Virus record (IMG/VR): IMGVR_UViG_3300033073_000410
Span: 51,485-115,484 of that record
Origin: a virus
Taxonomy: Duplodnaviria; Caudoviricetes
Reading direction: 5' to 3' (one strand)
Length of the DNA stretch: 64,000 nt
The stretch's first letter is position 1, and the number at the start of each line of letters is the position of its first letter. Under the pieces are notes generated by a model, which saw only the letters and a program-made list of their open reading frames with translations, was not told where the DNA came from and did not search any database. Below, piece after piece: positions 29,071 through 38,400 of the stretch. Both the position numbers and the translations under genes were made by a program.

Positions 29071-29683
29071 TTTGCTCATGTAGGTCAATGATTGTCCCAT
29101 CATTTCTGATAATGTGGTCATATTTTAATCCCACCGAACTATATTCACTTGCATGAACATTGTTAGTATCTAGTACCCGTTTTCCCAAAGACCATCCGGC
29201 ATTTCCGTTAGGTCCACGATTGTAATCAACTGCTGCTTGATACCAAACAGGATTGTCACCTCTCATGACCCTGCAGGTCGTGCCACCTGCGTTTTTGATA
29301 GCATTTACTTCATTGGCAAAGCGACAGTCAGTAATTACAATATCGTCTTTGGCATTGCGTAATTTGTTTTCAACTGAGGCAACCCAGATATCAGTATGAA
29401 AGTGGTTTCTGAATACGTCTGTTCCCCAGAACTGTAATACCCAGCGGGGAGTTAGATTGGGCATTGCTAGTCGTTCTGCCCACCAAGTATCTACTTCTTC
29501 ACGCCATTGTCTGCTGGCTTTAGTAGTGCCCTCTAGCATTTCTCTGTCCCAGCCGAAGACTGCTGAAACTGCATCTTTGAGACTGGCTGCGAATGAAACT
29601 CGCTTGAAGCCATGCTCAGTAACCAAATAATCTGCGATAGTGTCTTTGCCGGAGCCTATCAGTCCTGTAACGCCTAGAATCAT
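29036..29683 (-). CDS. Deoxynucleoside monophosphate kinase (T4 gp1-like)
   Basis: GLIGSGKDT, SFAASLK, PRWVLQFWGTD, ITDCRFANE, HASE. Confidence 0.9.
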   Translation of the reverse strand: MILGVTGLIGSGKDTIADYLVTEHGFKRVSFAASLKDAVSAVFGWDREMLEGTTKASRQWREEVDTWWAERLAMPNLTPRWVLQFWGTDVFRNHFHTDIWVASVENKLRNAKDDIVITDCRFANEVNAIKNAGGTTCRVMRGDNPVWYQAAVDYNRGPNGNAGWSLGKRVLDTNNVHASEYSSVGLKYDHIIRNDGTIIDLHEQINQLLNHPDAS

Positions 29684-29730
29684 ATAGCTACTTATTATAC
29701 TAGACTTTAGTACGAATAAAAGTATTTAGG

Positions 29731-31104
29731 TTACTTTTTTCTGGTTAATTCGTAAACAACTTGGTCACCTTGGTCTTCATAATACTCGTCATAACCCCAA
29801 GCATTAGCGTAACGCTGTACCATTCTGTTATATAGTTTTGCTCTGCTAGGATTATATTCTCCGGGCTCAACTTCTTGCTTTGCTGAGAATATGATTCTCC
29901 ATGGATGTTCTTTCTGAATGAACTGTTGAATCGCAGTCAATACAGTAGCGAATATTCTTTGTGCGTCACCTTCGCCGGTTACTTCTTGGCTATGATTCCT
30001 ATGGAACTCAACTTGCCATTCTTCGTCACCTTCGTCATTGAACATAATATTCAAATAAGTACCGTCACCTAATGTTGCAAGTGCGTCCCAATCCCCAAAG
30101 TCACTTTTTTCCCACTTGATACGATAAGGGTCATCAAATGCTTCTTTGATTTCTTCTACTGGAACATATGCAGGTATCTGTTTAAGTCCTTGTCGCTGTG
30201 CTTGATAAGCTCTATGGAACCCATCAATGATAACGCCATTACTATCTACAATGATAGGATCTTTGAAGTTGATCGGATGGTCAGTATCAATGTCAATCAC
30301 TCTGCCGTACGGATCATCAAAACTATCTGTATCTAATTCCATTGGATTAACCGTAGTTAATTTCCATTTATGGCTTTTGACATATTGTTCTGTATCAGGG
30401 TTTAAGTTTCTACCCTGTGTCAAGCCTTCCCAAACAGTTTCTTCTTCACCGCGATGTTTGTTCCAGAATCCAGCACCAGCATCTGTTTGGTCGTAGCTTC
30501 TATTGACTTTATACCCACGATAAGTTGCGAAATCATACATAAGTTGAGCAATTCCCTGCCCCCTATATCTTTCATCTACTTCTACATATTTCGCTTCTAG
30601 GTCGTCATAGAATCTACTGAATGTAACGTGACCCAATACTTTATTACCCTGACTATCCAATGCTTTTATCTCAACTTCATCATCAAGTTCGGATATTTTC
30701 ATCGGCACACCTTGAAATTTTTCAATGCGGCTTTCGTCATCTTCCCAAACAGTTTCTTCACCGCGATTCTTTTGCCAGTGATGTTCACCTGATTGTTTAC
30801 CTTGGTCTTTGATTTTTGTTAAGTCAGGGCTTCTATGAATTTCATATCCATGACTTGTTACAAAGTCATACATTTTTCTAGCAACACCTTGACCTCTAGC
30901 TTCAGGTTCAACCCACAAACTTTGCGCTTCGATGAAGTCACCATCCATATCATTAAAGTGAGCACGACCTATCACATTGCCCCAGTCATCAAGTGCTTTG
31001 ACCACAATGGCGCCAAGTTTAGAAATTTCTAATTTCATGTCAACACCCTCGAAATCTTCGACGGTGCCCATTTTGTACTCAATGATAAACTCTTTTGCTC
31101 TCAT
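29731..31104 (-). CDS. Multidomain protein: two GNAT acetyltransferases, a ParB/Srx-like domain and a fourth domain (likely start MRAKEF)
   Basis: VEPEARGQGVA and VDERYRGQGIA acetyl-CoA motifs; PIIV...IIDGFHRA; TAATG coupling to the neck gene. Confidence 0.8.
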   Translation of the reverse strand: MRAKEFIIEYKMGTVEDFEGVDMKLEISKLGAIVVKALDDWGNVIGRAHFNDMDGDFIEAQSLWVEPEARGQGVARKMYDFVTSHGYEIHRSPDLTKIKDQGKQSGEHHWQKNRGEETVWEDDESRIEKFQGVPMKISELDDEVEIKALDSQGNKVLGHVTFSRFYDDLEAKYVEVDERYRGQGIAQLMYDFATYRGYKVNRSYDQTDAGAGFWNKHRGEEETVWEGLTQGRNLNPDTEQYVKSHKWKLTTVNPMELDTDSFDDPYGRVIDIDTDHPINFKDPIIVDSNGVIIDGFHRAYQAQRQGLKQIPAYVPVEEIKEAFDDPYRIKWEKSDFGDWDALATLGDGTYLNIMFNDEGDEEWQVEFHRNHSQEVTGEGDAQRIFATVLTAIQQFIQKEHPWRIIFSAKQEVEPGEYNPSRAKLYNRMVQRYANAWGYDEYYEDQGDQVVYELTRKK

Positions 31105-31865
31105 TAGCCTTGTACCCAAGTCAATGGTTGTGAGTAGTCAACATAACGCTTCAATTCATCAAGTAACTGTTCTTGCATTGCCTTACCCTCAGACTTCATG
31201 TTAGCACCGTTCAAGCTAGTTCCGCCCCCAGGTCCTGCGATAGTAGAGAATTTCTCACGTGCTTCACCGATTGTCATTTTCAATGAAGCTAGAATCCAGT
31301 CAGTTATCCATACACCTGATCCTGGATTCAATAATAAATCTAGTTCAGACTTTTGCAAGTCTCCCCAGATTAGAATCTGTTCACCTGAACCCTTGATATC
31401 TCTAACTAGTTTTAGTTCTTTTGATACAGGGTTGAATGTATAAATGATGTAGCCACCAAACATACGTGCTACTAATTCGATATAACCAGCATACATGTCA
31501 TATGTTGCTAAACCACCGGCGTAGTTATAGTTTAACAAGTATGTGTTTAAGATAGCGCTGGAGAATGGGTCGAATGAACTCGATGCTGGACCGGTTTCCA
31601 TACCCACTGTTCTACGAAATACTTGTCTTACATTGACAAATTGACTAGGTAAAACGTAGGTATTGTGATGAGCATCTAATGTCATCAATGTATATGATTC
31701 CTCGGTAGCATTTTGTGCTCGTTGGCGATATACTTTAAGAGCATATTTGTATGCTGATTCAAAGTGCTCAGGATCTAATTCCAAGTCAACAATCCCATCG
31801 CCCAAGCGATAACGAATACCTTGAAATAATTCTTCTTTAACTTCTTCTAATGATTGGCCTGCCAT
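31104..31865 (-). CDS. Neck protein (T4 gp13-like)
   Basis: RLGDGIVDLELD, GEAREKF, GPGGGTSLNG. Confidence 0.8.
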   Translation of the reverse strand: MAGQSLEEVKEELFQGIRYRLGDGIVDLELDPEHFESAYKYALKVYRQRAQNATEESYTLMTLDAHHNTYVLPSQFVNVRQVFRRTVGMETGPASSSFDPFSSAILNTYLLNYNYAGGLATYDMYAGYIELVARMFGGYIIYTFNPVSKELKLVRDIKGSGEQILIWGDLQKSELDLLLNPGSGVWITDWILASLKMTIGEAREKFSTIAGPGGGTSLNGANMKSEGKAMQEQLLDELKRYVDYSQPLTWVQG

Positions 31866-31882
31866 TGTGTTCTCCAGATATA

Positions 31883-32086
31883 TTATTTATCTGGGTGTGG
31901 GCTTTTGCCTTTCATAAATCTGAGGAGGGAAAGATTCTCACGGTCAATTTCTTTGTGCTTAACCCAGTGGTCAACTTCCCCTTTGTCTCCGTCGCAAATA
32001 GGACAAGAGCGAAACCATTCATCGTCACCACGTATGTGTTTCATTTCAACGTGGCATTCTACACAAATGAACGGAAAATATGCCAA
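31883..32086 (-). CDS. Small zinc-ribbon protein
   Basis: CVEC...CPIC. Confidence 0.6.
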   Translation of the reverse strand: MAYFPFICVECHVEMKHIRGDDEWFRSCPICDGDKGEVDHWVKHKEIDRENLSLLRFMKGKSPHPDK

Positions 32087-32521
32087 TTACAGGTCGCCCT
32101 CTTTGCGATTCTCGCTATAGAACGCATCAAATGAACCACCGGGATAACGTGATTCTAGTTTCTTGACGTTCTCATTGATAACTTCGTTGGGGTCAAGACG
32201 TAATGCACGACAAGCATTGATCCAGTACCACATAACGTCACCTAACTCACGCTTCATGTGAAATACTGCGGCGTCATCTAGAGGCTTGCCTTGAAAAATG
32301 ACTTTCTTGGGCACTTCAATGAATTCACCTGCTTCTGCGGCTAGACCCATACATGCAGTAATTAACAATGGAACGTTAACATCAGGGTCGTGACCCTCGT
32401 TCTCTACATAATTGCCGTCTAGATAATCTAAACGGTTCATAAATGATGTTAAGTCATTACTGGGCTGGCTAGTCACAGCCTCTACGAATTGTTTGTATTT
32501 GTTTAAGTCAATATTGCTCAT
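32087..32521 (-). CDS. mazG: MazG-like NTP pyrophosphohydrolase (likely start MSNIDL)
   Basis: GLAAEAGEFIE, RELGDVMWY, NVKKLESRYP. Confidence 0.88.
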   Translation of the reverse strand: MSNIDLNKYKQFVEAVTSQPSNDLTSFMNRLDYLDGNYVENEGHDPDVNVPLLITACMGLAAEAGEFIEVPKKVIFQGKPLDDAAVFHMKRELGDVMWYWINACRALRLDPNEVINENVKKLESRYPGGSFDAFYSENRKEGDL

Positions 32522-32526
32522 AAAAA

Positions 32527-32570
32527 AGTCCTTATGCATGTATTGTACATAAGGACTAAAGTAATTACAA
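32527..32570 (-). promoter_or_regulatory. sigma70-type promoter with its -10 in the loop of a hairpin that pairs the RBS
   Basis: TTGTAA-N17-TACAAT; arms AGTCCTTATG / CATAAGGACT. Confidence 0.6.
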
Positions 32571-32582
32571 TGTATTAGGTAA

Positions 32583-33746
32583 TCAGAATGCTTTTAAGAT
32601 TACCATATTCTCATTAAATCGGCCATTAGGAGTTGTTCCAACCGCTTTAATCTCTGCAAAGTACTTACGTGCGGCTGGCTTCGAACCCATAACCTCTTTG
32701 ATTTGCTCACCAGGCTTTCGTAGTGTTTTGATTTCGGACTTATTAGTATCAAAACCGAGAATAGTGTTACCTTTAACTGTGAAACTCTTACTATATTCGT
32801 CTGCGACATAGTGATGAAGTTTACGCTTTGCCGTGTCATATACCCAAGCCTCACTTGCACCATGGAGTTTAGTAGGGTGGATTGATATGAGGTCAAGTTT
32901 GTTGACTGCATCTTTGAATTCTTTCAAATACTTGAGATTTTTAACAATCTTCTCAACTGGTACAGGCTTACGCTTACGAGGAGCTTTACTGGCTTTCTTA
33001 ATTGAGATATAACTATTCAAGTCACCTAGAACACCCTCAATGAACTTGAGAATGTTACGCAATTGAACTTTACCCAAGTTACCGTAGGCTTCTTTCAATT
33101 CTTTGTCGTCAGTCTCGGACAATGTTTCAAATTCAGTTTGCTTTTTCTTCCACACATCGACAATAATTGGGATATGCTGGGGCATGACGTTGAACTTGGC
33201 AACAATGTCAACTGTTTTGTCTGATGCTTTGCCGTTTAGATAGAATTCATCGAATGAACCCTCAAGTTCGCCAGCCGCATCACGTGCTTTTTCACGCATT
33301 AGTTCCTGAATGTTGGGGCGATTAGACACTTTTTCTTCTTCGACCTTTTCAACAACTTCAGGTTTTGCCGAGCAATGAATCAAACGTGAAATTTCATTCT
33401 CAAGTGTAAGTTCCTCATGCTCATTCAATTCAAGACCGCGCATTGTCATACGTGCGAGCCAGCAAAGTGTCATCAAAAACTCAGATTCGTGAACTTTTCG
33501 AATCTGTTTAGCTTCGTCTGTGCGCTTATGATGCTCCAAATACTGACACAAGAGGTCTTTTGCGTCTTTTTTACCGTAGAACCGATTGTACCAAGTAAAG
33601 CCATATGTTAGTGCAGTCGTGCGACCATCGGATTCGGGTTGTAATGGGAAGAAGGGTTCTTCACCCATATACTTTGTATCAGCATCACGTGGATTAAGTG
33701 CTTTAACAAAATGGTCAGCTGTGATTTTGGGCTTTCGTGTCGCCAT
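32583..33746 (-). CDS. Hypothetical early protein (likely start MATRKPK)
   Basis: AGGAG RBS; strong promoter upstream. Confidence 0.75.
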   Translation of the reverse strand: MATRKPKITADHFVKALNPRDADTKYMGEEPFFPLQPESDGRTTALTYGFTWYNRFYGKKDAKDLLCQYLEHHKRTDEAKQIRKVHESEFLMTLCWLARMTMRGLELNEHEELTLENEISRLIHCSAKPEVVEKVEEEKVSNRPNIQELMREKARDAAGELEGSFDEFYLNGKASDKTVDIVAKFNVMPQHIPIIVDVWKKKQTEFETLSETDDKELKEAYGNLGKVQLRNILKFIEGVLGDLNSYISIKKASKAPRKRKPVPVEKIVKNLKYLKEFKDAVNKLDLISIHPTKLHGASEAWVYDTAKRKLHHYVADEYSKSFTVKGNTILGFDTNKSEIKTLRKPGEQIKEVMGSKPAARKYFAEIKAVGTTPNGRFNENMVILKAF

Positions 33747-33771
33747 AGTTGCTCCTGTTAACAATACTATG

Positions 33772-33800
33772 ATTATATATGACTTCCCATTAAAAGTCAA
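33772..33800 (-). promoter_or_regulatory. sigma70-type early promoter
   Basis: TTGACT-N17-TATAAT. Confidence 0.75.
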
Positions 33801-33853
33801 GTCCTAGAAAGGTAATACTTTAGTCATAAATACACTATAATTGGATAAACGCA

Positions 33854-35482
33854 ATGCCAAGACTTTCACTATATCGCTCAGAAAAGACCAATGACTACAA
33901 ATACCTAGATAAGAATATCAAGGAGATGTTTACTATTGGCGCTACAGATTTGTACGTACACAAGTATTTGGGTACAGTACCACCAAGCTCAGATTCTGGT
34001 ACACCAGATCCAATGGCTATTCAAGATTTACTGTTCATGGAGAATCGTGACCGCAAATATGATGCTGATATATATCGCATCAGAGGTCACTATAACGTAC
34101 AGAACTTAGACTTTGACTTGTCACAGTTTGGTTTGTTCTTAAACAATGATATTATCTTTATCACTGTTCATTACAATGACATGATTGAACTGATTGGTCG
34201 TAAACTAATGGTAGGTGATGTATTCGAACTACCTCACTTAACTGACTATCACCCATTGAATGAGACTATCCCAGTGGGGTTACGTAGATACTATCAAATC
34301 ACTGATGCAAACTTTGCTAGTGAAGGTTTCTCATCAACATGGTATCCTCACTTGTGGCGTATCAAGTGTGAGCCTCTAGTTGATAGTCAAGAATATAGCC
34401 AAATTCTTGACACTCCTTTGAGCCAAGATAACTACTTAGGAGAGTGGAGCAGAACTGCTACATATGTACCTGGTTATGTTATCACATTCGGTGGCAAGAA
34501 CTATACAGCTACACAAAACGTACCAGCTGGCATTATGCCTCCTGATCCAGACTATTGGGAACTAGACTTGGCTGATAACATTCGTGACGTATTAAGTCGC
34601 TATAACAAGAACATTGAAATCAATGATGCTAACCTCGAGGAAGCTAGAAAGAATCTTCCAAAGAGCGGTTACGACCGTTCATCATTATATGTTACTCCTA
34701 TACAAGACAATGGACAGCCGGCTGCTCCAGTTGATTTAGTAACATCACCGATAGCACCTAGACCTACAAGAGGTACTTTACAACTTGTTAGGACTAATGG
34801 TTTCAGTCAAGCAAGTCCAGTAGTACGAGTTCCAGCTTCTGCTAAGGATAGGTTAAAGCAATTAGCTATTCAAGCATTACAGGCACAACAAGGTGCAAAC
34901 TTACAAGTATCAGAACTTGCTGTACCAAAGACTGATTCAAACTCAGGAAGAGTATCAGGTGACTTAGTTCTTTCGGTAACTCCAATGGGCACTATGCCGC
35001 AACCATATGGTTCTGCTGATACTATTGCCGCAAGAACAGACCAGGACCCAACACAACCCAACTTTGATGGAATTATTATTCCTGACATTATGGATTATCG
35101 TGCTGACACTGACCCTCGATTCCGTTACATTGTAAGAACTACTCCTAAGGGTTACGGTTATAGTGAAGGTTATCTTGCAGGTGATGGCACTGCTCCGAAC
35201 GGAGAACCATTTGGTACTGGCATCACATTCCCTAGCAACCCAATGACGGGTGACTACTTCTTACGCATTGACTATCTACCACAGCAAATGTTCCGCTGGG
35301 ACGGTAAGTTATGGGTCAAGATTAGCGAGAATTCACGTACTGGTGTTGGTATGGAAGACGGTGCAGGTAACCAACGTGCTTCGTTCATCAACAATAGTAA
35401 TGTAACAGTATTGAGTGATGGTGTAACTACAATACCAGAACGTCAATCACTATCAAGTATTTTACGCATTCAACCAGATTAA
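33854..35482 (+). CDS. Neck/head-closure protein (gp14-like) with an inserted CBM-like module
   Basis: ENRDRKYD, LSQFGLF, GDVFELP; WSRTATYVPGYVITFGGKNY...YW. Confidence 0.7.
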   Translation: MPRLSLYRSEKTNDYKYLDKNIKEMFTIGATDLYVHKYLGTVPPSSDSGTPDPMAIQDLLFMENRDRKYDADIYRIRGHYNVQNLDFDLSQFGLFLNNDIIFITVHYNDMIELIGRKLMVGDVFELPHLTDYHPLNETIPVGLRRYYQITDANFASEGFSSTWYPHLWRIKCEPLVDSQEYSQILDTPLSQDNYLGEWSRTATYVPGYVITFGGKNYTATQNVPAGIMPPDPDYWELDLADNIRDVLSRYNKNIEINDANLEEARKNLPKSGYDRSSLYVTPIQDNGQPAAPVDLVTSPIAPRPTRGTLQLVRTNGFSQASPVVRVPASAKDRLKQLAIQALQAQQGANLQVSELAVPKTDSNSGRVSGDLVLSVTPMGTMPQPYGSADTIAARTDQDPTQPNFDGIIIPDIMDYRADTDPRFRYIVRTTPKGYGYSEGYLAGDGTAPNGEPFGTGITFPSNPMTGDYFLRIDYLPQQMFRWDGKLWVKISENSRTGVGMEDGAGNQRASFINNSNVTVLSDGVTTIPERQSLSSILRIQPD

Positions 35483-35490
35483 GGTAAACA

Positions 35491-36858
35491 ATGGCACAAT
35501 TTTTTTATGATACACAGATACGCAGATTCTTAGTACAATTTGCTAGAATCTTTAGTGACTGGCAAGTTACTAAGGGCAAAGACCCTGCAGGTAACGATAT
35601 TCTAGTTCGTGTACCTATTCAGTATGGTGATTCAAGTAGACAAGCAAGTACTATTGTTTCTAACAATAGCGCAAGCAGTATGCCAAGTGCACCTATGATT
35701 ACATACTATATCAGTGGATTAGAGTATGACCAAAAGAGAACACAAGATCCAACATTCATTGACAAGTTAAGTGTTCGTCAAAAGACATACAATCAAGATA
35801 CACAGAGTTTTGAGAGTACACAAGGGCAAGCATTTACAGTTGAGCGTATGATGCCAGTGCCATACACATTGAGGGTGACAGTAGACTTCTGGACTACAAA
35901 CTATAATCAAAAACTTGAGTTGATTGAACAGTTAGGAACATTATTCAATCCTGCTTTAGAAATTCAAAGCACAGATAACTTTATCGACTGGACAAGTTTG
36001 AGTGTAGTTTATCAAGATGGTTTAACATTCTCAAGTCGTTCAATTCCAGTAGGTAACAGTAATCCAATTGATGTTATGTCATGGAAGTTCTACATGCCTA
36101 TATGGATTTCAGGTCCTGCTAAGGTTAGAAAATTAGGTGTCATTCACAAGATTATTGCAAGTATCTTCCAGGGCAATGCTCTTACAGATATGCAAGATGA
36201 TGACTTGTTGCTAGGTACTCGTCAGAAGATTACACCATATGGATACAAAATATTATTCATTGGTAATACATTACAAGTGTTGCCACATAGCCAACCAATG
36301 AATAACACAATATCTACTGACTTGCCCGAGAGTCCTAATACAAATATCTACTGGCAAGCCTTCTTAGGACCTTATGGTTCAGTAAAAGCAGGCGTGAGTC
36401 AAATTTGGTTACAGAACCCTTATATGGATACAGAGATTGTGGGTACTATTGCGTTCAACCCGAATGATGACCGTATGTTATCGTTCAACGTAGACCCAGA
36501 TACATTACCACAAGATACACTTGAACCAGTTGATAGTATTATCAATCCATATCGCAAACATCCTGGATTGGGATTGCCGGATGCGGCAAATGGTCAACGC
36601 TATTTGATTGTTGAAGACTTGGGAAGTGAAGGTTCCATGTCTAATGCATGGGGAAGTATTGTCGCCAATGCAAATGATATCATTCAGTATAACTCAACTG
36701 AAAACAAATGGTACGTTGTATTCAATAGTGCCGAGCATACTGATGTAGAATTTGTTTCTAACTTAACATCAGGTGTGCAGTATCGTTATGTTGATAGAAT
36801 GTGGGTCAAGAGTTATGAAGGCTTCTATGACCAGGGAGATTTTAGTATCGTCATCTAA
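35491..36858 (+). CDS. Tail terminator/sheath stabiliser (gp15-like) with a C-terminal extension
   Basis: FFYDTQIRRFLVQF, VPIQYG, PVPY, EQLGTLFNP. Confidence 0.8.
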   Translation: MAQFFYDTQIRRFLVQFARIFSDWQVTKGKDPAGNDILVRVPIQYGDSSRQASTIVSNNSASSMPSAPMITYYISGLEYDQKRTQDPTFIDKLSVRQKTYNQDTQSFESTQGQAFTVERMMPVPYTLRVTVDFWTTNYNQKLELIEQLGTLFNPALEIQSTDNFIDWTSLSVVYQDGLTFSSRSIPVGNSNPIDVMSWKFYMPIWISGPAKVRKLGVIHKIIASIFQGNALTDMQDDDLLLGTRQKITPYGYKILFIGNTLQVLPHSQPMNNTISTDLPESPNTNIYWQAFLGPYGSVKAGVSQIWLQNPYMDTEIVGTIAFNPNDDRMLSFNVDPDTLPQDTLEPVDSIINPYRKHPGLGLPDAANGQRYLIVEDLGSEGSMSNAWGSIVANANDIIQYNSTENKWYVVFNSAEHTDVEFVSNLTSGVQYRYVDRMWVKSYEGFYDQGDFSIVI

Positions 36859-36876
36859 CTAATGATAAATTAGTGT

Positions 36877-37296
36877 ATGAAAGAAAATACATCTGCTGGT
36901 GTCTTTTTCTACGCAAAGAAAACAAATAGGTTTTTATTTCTGCTAAGAGCAGACGATAAGAATTCAGGTAACTGGGGTATACCTGGTGGTAAAGTAGAAG
37001 ATGGTGAGTCACTGTTTGAAGGTATAGAACGTGAATGCATGGAAGAAGTTAATTACTTCCCAATAGATGCAAAACTCGTACCAATACAGAAGTTCATCAA
37101 CAATCTGTTTACCTATCATACATTCTTTTGTGTAGTAGATGAAGAATTCACACCGATACTAAATGAAGAACATTGTGGTTACTGTTGGGTCGATCCAGAA
37201 CATTATCCTAAACCATTACATCCCGGATTGTTTAACACTATCAACTTTGACGTAGTACAAGACAAACTAAAGAAACTAATAAAAAAAGCCGCATAA
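36877..37296 (+). CDS. NUDIX hydrolase
   Basis: WGIPGGKVEDGESLFEGIERECMEE Nudix box. Confidence 0.92.
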   Translation: MKENTSAGVFFYAKKTNRFLFLLRADDKNSGNWGIPGGKVEDGESLFEGIERECMEEVNYFPIDAKLVPIQKFINNLFTYHTFFCVVDEEFTPILNEEHCGYCWVDPEHYPKPLHPGLFNTINFDVVQDKLKKLIKKAA

Positions 37297-37308
37297 AGCG
37301 GCTTTTTT
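37282..37308. terminator. Bidirectional intrinsic terminator
   Basis: AAAAAAGCCGC-ataaa-GCGGCTTTTTT between convergent genes. Confidence 0.88.
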
Positions 37309-37324
37309 GTTGTGCTTAAAAATA

Positions 37325-38305
37325 TTAAGCGTTAGAGATTTTAACAGATTCGTTAACTACTGCGGCTGTCATGTTCCAAGGAACTGATTGACCTGTAGCA
37401 AACTGTGTACCTGTACCACGAGTTAGTGTAGCTCTACGTGCGGCAATCTTTGTGATAAAGTATGTGCCGCCTGCACTGTCAACAGCACCGATAGAACCCT
37501 CACCAGCAGCATTTGCCAATGAATCTTGCAATGTTACAACACCTGTACGTGTACCGTCAGTTACTTTGAAACGCTTTGCGCCAACTTGCTTGATGATATC
37601 AACTTCTAATGCTGAACCACCTGTCAAGAATGCTGTCATACGAATAGCGTTTTCTTGATTATTAGCATTCATGTTGCTACCATCGTTGCCTGAGTTACCA
37701 TAAGAACCACTATCAGTAGTCAATACGATTGTACCAGCTGGAGCAGTACCAGTACCACCAGTATACAATGTTACCGTGAAAGTTTCGGCTCCTGTATAAC
37801 CAGAACCCTTTTCAGTAATTGCAAGAGACTTAACTCTGAAATTGATATCAACTAAGAATGTTGATGCACCTGAACCAGTTACTTTAGTGATGTTTACACC
37901 CGTAGTGTCACCTGGCATTGCATTTAAATCAAACTCACCGCGGCTTGTTACAGTGAATGTAGCGTTTGAGCCATCGTTACCAGATGTAGCAACTGTGAAA
38001 ACAGGTGAACCTAAACCAGCGTATGTATAAGTGTCACCTACAACTAGACCAACTGAGCCTGCGCCTGTTGTTACTGTTGCAACTTCGAACAATGGTGCCC
38101 ATTCAGCTTGAACGCCACCAGGGATTGTTGGGGCAGGAAGAGCGAAACCTACTAGTGGGTTGTGAGCACCATTATTACCACGGAATGAGCCTACTTGGCT
38201 TACGCTGATAGAAGCAATACCTTCGCCACCGATAGCATTATCGCTTGTACCAGTAGTACCGATGTTACGGTTACCGAAATATTTTTTATTTAGAGGACGT
38301 GCCAT
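37325..38305 (-). CDS. Abundant virion structural protein (likely start MARPLNKKYFG)
   Basis: AAGGAG RBS, Gly/Thr/Ala-rich, flanked by a late promoter and a terminator. Confidence 0.7.
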   Translation of the reverse strand: MARPLNKKYFGNRNIGTTGTSDNAIGGEGIASISVSQVGSFRGNNGAHNPLVGFALPAPTIPGGVQAEWAPLFEVATVTTGAGSVGLVVGDTYTYAGLGSPVFTVATSGNDGSNATFTVTSRGEFDLNAMPGDTTGVNITKVTGSGASTFLVDINFRVKSLAITEKGSGYTGAETFTVTLYTGGTGTAPAGTIVLTTDSGSYGNSGNDGSNMNANNQENAIRMTAFLTGGSALEVDIIKQVGAKRFKVTDGTRTGVVTLQDSLANAAGEGSIGAVDSAGGTYFITKIAARRATLTRGTGTQFATGQSVPWNMTAAVVNESVKISNA

Positions 38306-38397
38306 TTTATTTCTCCTTGAAAAATGTGGGTTCAAGCCCACTACGCGGTTGACTTCCGCATAAAACTTACCCTATGTAAGTCGTACTATATATTTAT
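38306..38397 (-). promoter_or_regulatory. Late promoter followed by a three-hairpin structured 5' leader
   Basis: ACTTAC/GTAAGT, TATGCGG/CCGCGTA and GTGGG/CCCAC stems in tandem. Confidence 0.65.
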
Positions 38398-38400
38398 CAA

